Assembly: GCA_963664825.1 (NCBI GenBank)
Contig: OY761614.1
Span: forward strand, 1,600,001-1,664,000
Direction: 5' to 3'
Length of the DNA: 64,000 bases
From: an uncultured Holophaga sp.
GTDB lineage: Bacteria > Acidobacteriota > Holophagae > Holophagales > Holophagaceae
Shown: positions 9,034 through 17,742 of the stretch, one piece after another
How positions within the stretch are numbered: position 1 is the first letter of the stretch
Layout of the letters: every line of letters begins with the position of its first letter
The notes under the pieces: model-generated
Told to the model about the DNA's origin: nothing
The model's input: the letters and a program-made list of their open reading frames with translations, nothing else
Databases searched by the model: none
Translations under genes and position numbers: made by a program

Positions 9034-9888
9034 TCAGTGCCTCAGCAGCATCGGGAACTTGTCCACCAGGAAGAAGACGATCTCCACGGCGATGAGGATG
9101 ATGACGATCCACTCCAGGCGGTGGTTCTTGCGGGTGGTGAGGAGATCGATCATCCGCGCCGCGGCGTCCGAGAGATAGGCCAGCTTCTGCTGGATGGCGT
9201 TCAGGCGCTCATCCAGATCGAACTGATCGAAGAGGGCGCTATCCAGATGGGCCAGGGATTCGCTCTCCCAGGTCTCCGGGGGATCGTCGAAGAGGGTGAG
9301 ATCCTCCAGCACCGTGGCCCGGGTCTCCATGGTGAATCCGATGATCTTCATGGCCTGGAGGTGGGTGAGGCAGAGGCGACCCCGGCTGGCCAGGCCCGCC
9401 ATCACGGGCTCGAACTTGGCCATGGCCCCCCGGACGGAACCCTCGATATGGTCCAGGGCCACGCTCTGGGCCAGGGTGAGGCTCACGATCTTGAGGCGGT
9501 CCAAGGTGAAATCCCGAAGCCACACCTCGGAGAAGCCGACATGCTCATCAAGAGCCCCCACATGCACCGTCAGCAGATCCCGGACTCCCTCCATCCGCGT
9601 GCCGAGGGTGGCCATATCGCGCAATTCCTCGTGGAGCGTGGCGATGACGCGCTCGGAGCAGTTCCAGAACACCACCGCCCCGAAGCGCGCCAGGAAGACG
9701 AAGCTGCCCTCTTCGGGTGCGATCACCAGCGGGTTGGCGCTGATGACCCGGTGGTGGGCGCAGCGGCTGCGGAACAGGCGGCCATCGATCTGGCCCTCGT
9801 AGTAGTCGGCCACCAGGCGAAGGGTGGCCTGGCCTTGGACCAGGAGGGCCGTGCGGGGATTGGGAGGCGCCGGCTGTATGTTGTCCAT
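9034..9888 (-). CDS. RMD1/DUF155 family protein
   Basis: FGAVVFWN, LAQSVALD, HRLEWIVIILIAVEI C-terminal motif. Confidence 0.85.
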   Translation of the reverse strand: MDNIQPAPPNPRTALLVQGQATLRLVADYYEGQIDGRLFRSRCAHHRVISANPLVIAPEEGSFVFLARFGAVVFWNCSERVIATLHEELRDMATLGTRMEGVRDLLTVHVGALDEHVGFSEVWLRDFTLDRLKIVSLTLAQSVALDHIEGSVRGAMAKFEPVMAGLASRGRLCLTHLQAMKIIGFTMETRATVLEDLTLFDDPPETWESESLAHLDSALFDQFDLDERLNAIQQKLAYLSDAAARMIDLLTTRKNHRLEWIVIILIAVEIVFFLVDKFPMLLRH

Positions 9889-9912
9889 GGGTGCTCCCGA
9901 GGGCCAGGGGCC

Positions 9913-10425
9913 TCAGGCTTCCGGGTCCGGAACCTGGAGGGGTATGGGCTGGGTCTGGCCCGTGCGAGGGGGCAGCAGGGGCTCGTCTTCGGCGGGGATG
10001 ACCCCCTTCTCCCTCAGGATGGAGGCGGCCTGGTAGGCGGCCAGGACGGCGGTGCGGATGCGCTGGTAGCTGGTCTCCGTGACCTTGGTGTTGAAGGCCA
10101 GATTGCCCACCACGTACCAGGATTCCCCATTGGGCAGGGCCTGGGGGGCCGAGACCTGGATCTGGGGGGGCATGATGGAACTGGAACTATCCTCCCGCAG
10201 CTGCACGGCCACGCGCTCGCACCAGGCCTGGAGCCGGGGCGTGATGGCCAGTCCCTCGGCCTCGTCCTTCACCGTGAGGCGGCCGTAGAGCGTGAAGAAG
10301 AGCCGCAGCTGGGGCAGATCGAAGCTGGAGTTCAGATATCCAGCCATGGAGGCGATCTGCTGGAAATCCTTCTGCAGCGCGAGCAGCTTGGGACTGGGAA
10401 CGGCTGGACCTCGGGCGGCTAACAT
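9913..10425 (-). CDS. Hypothetical protein
   Basis: 170-aa ORF with typical codon usage, co-oriented with the RMD1 gene. Confidence 0.65.
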   Translation of the reverse strand: MLAARGPAVPSPKLLALQKDFQQIASMAGYLNSSFDLPQLRLFFTLYGRLTVKDEAEGLAITPRLQAWCERVAVQLREDSSSSIMPPQIQVSAPQALPNGESWYVVGNLAFNTKVTETSYQRIRTAVLAAYQAASILREKGVIPAEDEPLLPPRTGQTQPIPLQVPDPEA

Positions 10426-10489
10426 GGCCCGATTATGCTCCCATTGCCAAGCACGAAGGGGCTTGCCTCCTCAGAGCCCCCATGGAACC

Positions 10490-10682
10490 CTGAAGCTTCC
10501 AACCGCCCCGGAAACCGGGAAGCAGGTGAAGGCTCCCCCGGGAACCGATTCCTGCGCTGCCCCGCAACGGTGAGCACCTCGGCCCTTGGGTCGGGAGACC
10601 CTGCCGGGGCCACTGGCGCGCTGCGCCGGGAAGGTCTCGGGGACCAGCAAGGTCCGTCGCGTGCGAGCCCGGAGACCGATCC
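10490..10682 (+). ncRNA. Cobalamin (B12) riboswitch upstream of cobT
   Basis: GGGAAGCAGGTG…TCCTGCGCTGCCCCGCAACGGT…GCCACTG…GGGAAGG…GAGCCCGGAGACC; boundaries approximate. Confidence 0.9.
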
Positions 10683-10723
10683 GAGGCCAGCCCCTCGCCG
10701 TGGGAGCGAGAAGGAGCCCCTCC

Positions 10724-11758
10724 ATGCGATTGCCCCAACTGCCGGTCCTGGCCCCCGCCAGGAAAGTCCTCTTCCAGGCGCACCTGGACGATCTCACCAA
10801 ACCCAAGGGCAGCCTTGGACGACTGGAGTCCTTGGGTCTCCAGCTGGCCTGGATCGCCGACACCGAGCGCCCCGCCGATCCCGAGGCCTACATCCTCACC
10901 TTTGGGGGCGATCACGGCATCGTGCGCCGGGGGGTCAGCGCCTTCCCGGCCGAAGTGACGCCCCAGATGATGGCCAATATCGCAGCAGGTGGGGCGGCCA
11001 TCTGCGCCCTCTGCGGCGCCAACCGCATCACCCATCGCGTCATCGATGTGGGCGTGGCGGTGCCCTGTCCCTTCCCCGGCGTCTCCCAGCGCAACGTGGT
11101 GCGCGGCACGGCCGATCCCCTGGAGGGTCCCGCCATGACGCGCGCCCAGGCGGAGGCCTCCATCCAGGCGGGCCTGGACGAAGTGGCCGATCTGCCCAAG
11201 CGTCCCTTCGCCCTCCTGGGCCTGGGGGAGATGGGCATCGCCAATTCCGCCATCGCCGCGCTACTGGTATGTGCCTTCGGGGGCCTGACGCCTGAAGAGG
11301 CCGTGGGACCGGGGACGGGGGTCGAGGGCGAGGTGCTGCGCCACAAGATCCGGATCGTGCAGGAGGTCCTGAACAAGCACTGTCCGGATGCCACCGATCC
11401 CATCGGCGTATTGGCCTCCGTGGGCGGGGCCGAATTTGGTGCCATGGCCGGAGCCATGCTGGCGGGTGCCTCCCGGGGATGGGCCATCCTGGTGGACGGC
11501 TACATCGCCGGGGCCGCGGCCCTTCTCGCCATCGCCCTGGATCCGAAGATCAAGGACTTCCTCGTGTGGAGCCACCGCAGCGCCGAGCCCGGCGCCAAGC
11601 GCCTGCTGGAGAAGCTGGAGATCGAGCCGGTGCTGGACTTCAATCTGCGCCTGGGGGAAGGCACGGGAGCCGCGCTCGCCGTGCCCATCCTGCGCAGCGC
11701 CTGCGCCGTCATGCGGGAGATGGCCACCTTCAGCAGCGCCGGCGTGAGCAAGGGCTGA
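10724..11758 (+). CDS. cobT: Nicotinate-nucleotide:dimethylbenzimidazole phosphoribosyltransferase
   Basis: LTKPKGSLGRLE, GDHG, GEMGIAN, RLGEGTGA, MATF. Confidence 0.96.
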   Translation: MRLPQLPVLAPARKVLFQAHLDDLTKPKGSLGRLESLGLQLAWIADTERPADPEAYILTFGGDHGIVRRGVSAFPAEVTPQMMANIAAGGAAICALCGANRITHRVIDVGVAVPCPFPGVSQRNVVRGTADPLEGPAMTRAQAEASIQAGLDEVADLPKRPFALLGLGEMGIANSAIAALLVCAFGGLTPEEAVGPGTGVEGEVLRHKIRIVQEVLNKHCPDATDPIGVLASVGGAEFGAMAGAMLAGASRGWAILVDGYIAGAAALLAIALDPKIKDFLVWSHRSAEPGAKRLLEKLEIEPVLDFNLRLGEGTGAALAVPILRSACAVMREMATFSSAGVSKG

Positions 11759-11771
11759 AGCCGGGATCACC

Positions 11772-12500
11772 ATGCGTTCACTCATCGCCGCCTTCCGCTT
11801 CCTGACGCGCGTTCCCCTGCCGGGGCCCGCGACCCGGCCCGAGGACATCTCCCGGGCCGTAGGCTGGTTCCCGCTGGTGGGAGCCTGCGTGGGCGCGGCT
11901 ACGGCCGGCGTCTTCCTGCTGGCACTCCGGCTATGGGCCCCGCCCGTGGCCGCCGTGCTGGCCATCGCCGCGGGCCTGATGCTCACCGGCGGCTTCCACG
12001 AGGACGGGGCTACCGATGCCACCGATGGCCTGGGGGGAGGCTGGACCCGGGAGCGGGTGCTGGAAATCATGAAGGACAGCCGCATCGGCGCCTACGGATC
12101 CATGGCGCTGTGGTGCCTGTTGATGCTCCGCTGGGCGACCCTGGTGTCCTTCGGGACGAAGGCCATCCTGGCCCTGCCTCTGGCCATGATCCTGGGCCGC
12201 TGGTCGGTGGCTTTCCTGCTGCGCATGCTGCCGCCCATTGGTCAGGGCCTGGCCAAGGAGGTCCACAAGGGCCTGGGCTGGGGCTCCTACATCGCCTCCA
12301 CCCTGCTGGCCGGGCTGCTCTGCCTGGTGGTCTGGCACCTGGGCCTGCCTCACGTGCTGCGCTCCGTATTCGCGGCGGCCCTCACGATCCTCCTCTGGAG
12401 TCTCTACCTGCGCCACCGGCTGGGGGGCCATAGCGGGGATCTCCTGGGAGCGGGTAACCAGTTGGTGGAGGCCGCCGTGCTGCTGACCCTATTGGCATGA
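11772..12500 (+). CDS. cobS: Cobalamin 5'-phosphate synthase
   Basis: FLTRVP, TGGFHEDG..D..DG, IMKDSRIGAYG, GGHSGDLLGA. Confidence 0.95.
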   Translation: MRSLIAAFRFLTRVPLPGPATRPEDISRAVGWFPLVGACVGAATAGVFLLALRLWAPPVAAVLAIAAGLMLTGGFHEDGATDATDGLGGGWTRERVLEIMKDSRIGAYGSMALWCLLMLRWATLVSFGTKAILALPLAMILGRWSVAFLLRMLPPIGQGLAKEVHKGLGWGSYIASTLLAGLLCLVVWHLGLPHVLRSVFAAALTILLWSLYLRHRLGGHSGDLLGAGNQLVEAAVLLTLLA

Positions 12501-13066
12501 CGCCCCTCTTCCTCCTCCGCCACGGCCCCACGGCCGCCTCTCAGTGCGGGGCCCCCCTGGGCCGTCTGGATCTGCCGGTGCTGCCCGAGGGCCAGGCCCT
12601 CTGGCCCCGGGTGAAGCAGGAGCTGCTGGCCCTCGGCCTCCAGCGGGTGCTCAGTTCGGATCTCCAGCGGGCGCGGCTTCACGCCTTGGATTTGGGCCTG
12701 CCCTGCCTGGTGCTGCCGGAGCTGGGGGAGCAGGCCTTCGGCCAATGGGAGGGCGTGCCCTGGGGTCAGATCCAGGGGACCGACGCCTTCTTCGCCAACC
12801 CGGCCCTCGCCACGCCTCCCGGCGGGGAGTCCTTCGCCCGCTGCGCCAGCCGGGCCCTCCTGGCCCTTCAGGGCGCTCTGGAAGGTGAGCAGCCTACCCT
12901 GGTCTTCTCCCACGGCGGTCCCCTGCGGGCCATCCTGGCTCACTTCCTGGGCCTGTCCCTGGAGCGGGCCCTGGACTTGGCCTGGCAGCCCTATGGTCTG
13001 ACCAAGTTGGAGGTTTACGCCCCCAATCGAGCGATCCTGCGTTTCCATAACCGTACCCTCCCATGA
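12497..13066 (+). CDS. cobC: Histidine phosphatase, probable alpha-ribazole phosphatase
   Basis: LRHG, SSDLQRA, FGQWEG, PGGES, SHGG; follows cobT-cobS. Confidence 0.85.
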   Translation: MTPLFLLRHGPTAASQCGAPLGRLDLPVLPEGQALWPRVKQELLALGLQRVLSSDLQRARLHALDLGLPCLVLPELGEQAFGQWEGVPWGQIQGTDAFFANPALATPPGGESFARCASRALLALQGALEGEQPTLVFSHGGPLRAILAHFLGLSLERALDLAWQPYGLTKLEVYAPNRAILRFHNRTLP

Positions 13067-13155
13067 CGGGCTGCTCTGCCCCGGATCAGCAGGCTGCACT
13101 GCAGCCTGCTTCCCGCTCGCCCTTCGCCTTCGGTTCTGGGCTTGCGGACGGGGCA

Positions 13156-13233
13156 CCCTATGGACTGACCAAACTGGATGTCTACGCCTCCGATCGGGCT
13201 GTCCTGGGTTTCCATAACCGTATCCTCCCCTGA
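13156..13233 (+). pseudogene. Diverged orphan copy of the last 26 codons of cobC
   Basis: PYGLTKLDVYASDRAVLGFHNRILP* versus cobC PYGLTKLEVYAPNRAILRFHNRTLP* (12989-13066); 65/78 nt identical by manual alignment. Confidence 0.85.
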
Positions 13234-13376
13234 GGTGAGCCCACGCTGGGCTGCGCGGCTGTCATACTGCGGCTTCGACATCCTCCGGCCTTGAGCTCAC
13301 GAATCTTGGATGGCCGTCCCCTGGGTGGGATGGCTTCCTCCAGGCGTCGAGTTCCCCAGCCTCCCTTGGTGGATCC

Positions 13377-14318
13377 ATGCAGCGACCTCCCTCCCTCCTT
13401 GTCTTTGCCCTCGCAGCCCTGATGTTGCCCTTGGGCAGCGGATGTCGCCGGAGGCCGAGGGTGGCCACCCTGCGCGTCAGCGGGGCCTGGGCCCTCTACC
13501 CGGCCATGGTCCACTGGGCGGAGGTCTATCAGCAGACCCACCCGGGCCTCCGGGTGGATGTGGCCGCGGGGGGAGCCGGCAAGGGGATGACGGATTGCCT
13601 GGCCGGCATGGTGGACCTGGGCATGGTGAGCCGGGATCTGCGTCCGGAGGAACTCCGGAAGGGCATTCTGCCCCTGCCCGTGGCCAAGGATGCCGTCTTC
13701 GCCGTGGTGAACGTGGCTAATCCCGCCACGCCGGCCCTCCTGCGTCGGGGCCTCTCTCGGCAGATGGCGGTGGAACTCTGGATCCAGGGCCAGGCCCTGA
13801 CCTGGGACCAAGTGGCTCCCGGAGGGAAGGGCGGTGTGCGCGTCTTCACCCGTTCCGATGCCTGTGGGGCGGCGGAGACCTGGGCCCAATACCTGGGAGG
13901 TCGCCAGGAGGACCTCAAGGGCTTGGCCCTCTACGGGGATCCGGGCCTCGCCCAGGGCGTCTGCAGGGATGTCCAGGGCATCGGCTACAACAATCTCAAT
14001 TTCGCCTTCGACGCCCGCACGGGCCTTCCGGTGAAGGGCCTAGCCGTCGTGCCCCTGGATGCCAATGGCAATGGCATCGTGGATCCTTCAGAAGATCTCT
14101 CCACCCGGGCCAAGGCCCTGGCCGCCATCCGTTCCGGCGCCTATCCCGCCCCCCCGGCCCGGGATCTCTTCCTGGTGGTGCGCAGGCCCATCTCCCCGGC
14201 TGTGCATGATTTCCTGGTGTGGATCCTCAACGAAGGCCAGGGGATGGCCGAAGAGGCGGGCTACGTCCCCGTCTCCGAGACCCAGCGCCGGGAAGCCCTG
14301 AGGGTGGTGGGTCCGTGA
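13377..14318 (+). CDS. PstS-like oxyanion ABC substrate-binding protein (possible lipoprotein)
   Basis: LGSGC lipobox-like sequence; VSGAWALYP, GGAGKG, DLGMVSR, VAKDAV, RSDACG, IGY; followed by pstC/A/B-like genes. Confidence 0.85.
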   Translation: MQRPPSLLVFALAALMLPLGSGCRRRPRVATLRVSGAWALYPAMVHWAEVYQQTHPGLRVDVAAGGAGKGMTDCLAGMVDLGMVSRDLRPEELRKGILPLPVAKDAVFAVVNVANPATPALLRRGLSRQMAVELWIQGQALTWDQVAPGGKGGVRVFTRSDACGAAETWAQYLGGRQEDLKGLALYGDPGLAQGVCRDVQGIGYNNLNFAFDARTGLPVKGLAVVPLDANGNGIVDPSEDLSTRAKALAAIRSGAYPAPPARDLFLVVRRPISPAVHDFLVWILNEGQGMAEEAGYVPVSETQRREALRVVGP

Positions 14319-15217
14319 AGGCTGGTTCCTCCCGAAGGGCCCGGATCCGGCACCTGGCCGACCTCCTCTTCCTGGGTCAGGCCCGGCTCTGCCTGGGGCT
14401 GGTGTTGGGCCTGGCGGCGCTCTTGGTCCTGGTGGTGACTCTCAGCGCGCGGCCCGTCTTGGGCGGGGGATTCGGGATACTGAGCTGTGCCTGGCGGCCC
14501 TCCCAGGGCCAGTTCGGCCTGCTGCCCTTCCTGGCCGGTTCCCTGGTGGTGACCGGGGTGGCGATGGTCCTGGCTGCGCCTCTCTGCATCCTGGCGGCCG
14601 CCTATCTCTCCGAACACGCCAGCGGCCGTCTCCGGGGCCTCCTGCGCCCGGCCATCGATATCCTGGCGGGGGTTCCTTCCGTGGTCTTCGGTCTGTTCGG
14701 TGTGGTGCTGGTGGTGCCCGCCGTGGCCCTTCTGGGGCGTCTCCTGGGCAGGTCCCTCCCTGGATTTTCCGTGCTGGCCGGGGGCATCGTGCTGGCCATC
14801 ATGATCATTCCCTTCGTCCTCTCCCTGAGCCTGGACGTGTTCCTGGCCATCCCCCGGGAGGCCCGGGAAGCCGCCATGGCCCTGGGGGCCACCCGCTGGG
14901 AGACCCTCCAGAAGGTGCTGTTTCGGGCCGCTCTGCCGGGCCTGGTGGCGGCCCAGGTGCTGGGTCTGGCCCGGGCCTTCGGGGAGACTATGGCCGTGGT
15001 GATGGTGGTGGGCAACGTGGCGCGGATGCCCTGGAACCTCCTGGATCCGGCTTGCCCGGTGCCGGCCCTCCTGGCCAACAACTACGGGGAGATGATGTCT
15101 GTCCCCCACTACGAGGCCGCCCTCATGCTGGCGGCGCTCCTGCTGATGATCGTGGTGGGCGGGTCGAGCTTGGCGGCCCGCTTGATGCTGCGCTACCTCC
15201 AGCGGGTGGGGGCATGA
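14315..15217 (+). CDS. PstC-like ABC permease
   Basis: LAGVPSVVFGLFG, EAAMALGATRWE, RAFGETMAV; GTG start overlaps the upstream stop. Confidence 0.88.
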   Translation: MKAGSSRRARIRHLADLLFLGQARLCLGLVLGLAALLVLVVTLSARPVLGGGFGILSCAWRPSQGQFGLLPFLAGSLVVTGVAMVLAAPLCILAAAYLSEHASGRLRGLLRPAIDILAGVPSVVFGLFGVVLVVPAVALLGRLLGRSLPGFSVLAGGIVLAIMIIPFVLSLSLDVFLAIPREAREAAMALGATRWETLQKVLFRAALPGLVAAQVLGLARAFGETMAVVMVVGNVARMPWNLLDPACPVPALLANNYGEMMSVPHYEAALMLAALLLMIVVGGSSLAARLMLRYLQRVGA

Positions 15218-16077
15218 TGGACCCTCGAGCCCTCCAGCGCCTGAAGCGGGATAGTCGGATGAAGGGGCTCATGGCCCTCTGCCTGGGGCTGGCCCTCATG
15301 CCCTTCGCGGCCCTCACCCTCCTTCTGGTGGTGAAGGGATTGCCGACCCTGAGCCTCGGGATGATCTTCCAGGCTCCCCGCAGCGGCTTCTACCTGGGGG
15401 GTGGGGGCGGCATCGCCCAGGCCATCCTGGGCACCCTGCTCCTGGGGGGAGGCGGCATCCTGCTGGCGACGATGCTGGGCTTCCCGGCCGCCATCGCCCT
15501 CCAGCGGGAAATGGCGCCCCCCGCCCTCATCCGCTTCGCCCGGCTGGTCCTGGATCTGCTTTGGGGCGTGCCCAGCATCGTCATGGGCGCCTTCGTCTTC
15601 CTGCTCATGGTGAGCCTGGGCGTCGGGGCTTCGCTATTAGCGGGCATGCTGACCCTGGCCCTGGTCATGCTTCCGATCCTGGTGCGGGGCATGGATCAGG
15701 CGCTTTCCTCGGTGGCCCTGGAACTCAAGGAGGGCGCCACCGCCATGGGCGCCACCCGCAGCGAGGTGTTTCGCCTGGTGGTGCTGCGCCAGGCTCTGCC
15801 GGGCCTCATGACCGCCCTGCTCCTGGCCCTGGGGCGAGGATTGGGGGACGCCGCCAGCGTGCTCTTCACGGCGGGCTATACCGACCGCTTGCCTAGCTCT
15901 TTGCTGGACCCGGTGGCCAGCCTGCCCCTGGCCGTGTTCTACCTGCTGGGCACCCCCGACCCGGAGGTCCAGTCCCGGGCCTATGCGGCGGCGCTGATCC
16001 TGTTCCTCATGGTCTTGGCTGTGAACCTGGGAGGTCGCCTCCTGGGCCGCCGCTGGTCCCGGCATTTGGTGGATTGA
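15214..16077 (+). CDS. PstA-like ABC permease
   Basis: GVPSIVMG, EGATAMGATR, GRGLGDAA, SLPLAVF. Confidence 0.87.
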   Translation: MMDPRALQRLKRDSRMKGLMALCLGLALMPFAALTLLLVVKGLPTLSLGMIFQAPRSGFYLGGGGGIAQAILGTLLLGGGGILLATMLGFPAAIALQREMAPPALIRFARLVLDLLWGVPSIVMGAFVFLLMVSLGVGASLLAGMLTLALVMLPILVRGMDQALSSVALELKEGATAMGATRSEVFRLVVLRQALPGLMTALLLALGRGLGDAASVLFTAGYTDRLPSSLLDPVASLPLAVFYLLGTPDPEVQSRAYAAALILFLMVLAVNLGGRLLGRRWSRHLVD

Positions 16078-16841
16078 TTCCCATGTCCCATTTGCAGATC
16101 CAGCATCTCAGCGTGGCCTACGGCGATCGGCCGGCCCTCCAGGACATCAGCCTGGAGATCCCGGATAGCCGCATCGTGGCCATCATCGGCCCCTCGGGCT
16201 GCGGCAAGACGACCCTCCTCAAGAGCCTGAACCGCCTGCTGGACCTCCAGGAGGAGGCGCGGGTGACGGGGCGGGTGCTCATCGACGACCAGGATATCTA
16301 CGCTCCCCATGCCGATCTGCTGGGCCTCCGCAAGAAGGTGGGCTTCCTATCCCAGCGCCCCTATCCGCTGCCCATGTCCATCTTCGATAACATCGCCTTC
16401 GGCCCCCGCATCCACGGCCTGGAGGGAGCCCAGGGGCCTCGTCTGGAGGCCAAGGTGGAGCACTACCTCCGGCTGGCGGGGCTCTGGGAGGAAGTCGCCG
16501 ACCGCCTGCACGGGCCCGCCGCCAGGCTTTCCATCGGGCAGCAGCAGCGCCTAGCCCTGGCCCGGACCCTTGCGGTGGAACCCGAAGTGGTGCTGCTGGA
16601 TGAACCCACCAGCGCCCTGGATCCCATCTCTGCCAAGCTGGTGGAGCACCAGTTCCAGGTGCTCAAGCAGGACTACACGCTGATCCTTGTCACCCATATC
16701 CTCCGGCAGGCCAGGCGCCTCGCGGATTACGTGGTCTTCCTCTACCTGGGGGAACTCATCGAACACGGTCCCGCGGAGGCCTTCTTCGCCTCGCCTTCCA
16801 CGGATCTGGCCCGGGCCTACGTCCAGGGCGAGATCAGCTGA
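16074..16841 (+). CDS. PstB-like ABC ATPase
   Basis: [30 protein letters not shown]; the true start may be the ATG at 16083. Confidence 0.9.
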   Translation: MIPMSHLQIQHLSVAYGDRPALQDISLEIPDSRIVAIIGPSGCGKTTLLKSLNRLLDLQEEARVTGRVLIDDQDIYAPHADLLGLRKKVGFLSQRPYPLPMSIFDNIAFGPRIHGLEGAQGPRLEAKVEHYLRLAGLWEEVADRLHGPAARLSIGQQQRLALARTLAVEPEVVLLDEPTSALDPISAKLVEHQFQVLKQDYTLILVTHILRQARRLADYVVFLYLGELIEHGPAEAFFASPSTDLARAYVQGEIS

Positions 16842-16848
16842 GAACCCC

Positions 16849-17742
16849 ATGAGCCGCTACAGCCTCACCCATCTCCAGCATCTCGAAGCCGAATCCATCC
16901 ACATCCTCCGGGAGGTGGTGGCGGAATTTCGCCATCCAGTGATGCTCTATTCCGTGGGGAAGGACAGCAGCGTCATGCTGCACCTGGTCCGCAAGGCCTT
17001 TCGTCCTGGGGCCTTGCCCTTTCCCTTGATGCACGTGGATACGGGCTACAAGTTTCCCGAGATGTACCGGTTCCGGGATGAGCAGGTGGAACGGCTCGGA
17101 CTGAGGCTGATCGTGGAGCGCAACGAAGCCTGGATCGCCAAGGGTTGTCACCCCCTGAAGCATGGCGTGGACCGCTGCTGTAGCCTGCTCAAGACCGGGG
17201 CGCTGCTGGAGGCTCTTCGCAAGCACGGCTTCGACGCCGCCCTGGGCGGCGCGCGCCGGGAGGAGGAAAAATCCAGGGCCAAGGAGCGGATCTTCTCCGT
17301 GCGGGATGCGCATGGCCAGTGGGATCCCAAGAACCAGCGTCCGGAATTGTGGGATCTCTACAACGGCCGCATCAACGAAGGGGAGAGCGTGAGGATCTTC
17401 CCCTTGAGTAACTGGACCGAGCTCGATATCTGGCATTACATCGCCCAGGAGCACATCCCCGTGGTGCCCATCTACTTCGCCCAGGAGCGCCGGGTGGTGC
17501 GCCGGGGGGGCATCCTCATCCCGGTGGGGGAAGCTGAAACCGAAGGTGTCGAAGTGGTGCGCTGCCGCTTCCGCAGCCTGGGATGCATGCCCTGCACGGG
17601 TGCCGTACCCTCCGAGGCCATCACCCTGGAGGGAATCATCGCCGAGGTGGCCGCCGCCAGGCGCTCCGAGCGGGAGAACCGGGTCATCGATCTCACCGGG
17701 GACGCCTCCATGGAGCAGAAGAAGAAGGAGGGGTATTTCTGA
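16849..17742 (+). CDS. cysD: Sulfate adenylyltransferase subunit 2
   Basis: [56 protein letters not shown]. Confidence 0.97.
   Translation: MSRYSLTHLQHLEAESIHILREVVAEFRHPVMLYSVGKDSSVMLHLVRKAFRPGALPFPLMHVDTGYKFPEMYRFRDEQVERLGLRLIVERNEAWIAKGCHPLKHGVDRCCSLLKTGALLEALRKHGFDAALGGARREEEKSRAKERIFSVRDAHGQWDPKNQRPELWDLYNGRINEGESVRIFPLSNWTELDIWHYIAQEHIPVVPIYFAQERRVVRRGGILIPVGEAETEGVEVVRCRFRSLGCMPCTGAVPSEAITLEGIIAEVAAARRSERENRVIDLTGDASMEQKKKEGYF

Noticed and set aside
12989..13233. cobC tail duplication as a diversity-generating retroelement TR/VR pair
   Set aside because: Mismatches are not restricted to adenines in either direction, and no reverse transcriptase is present.
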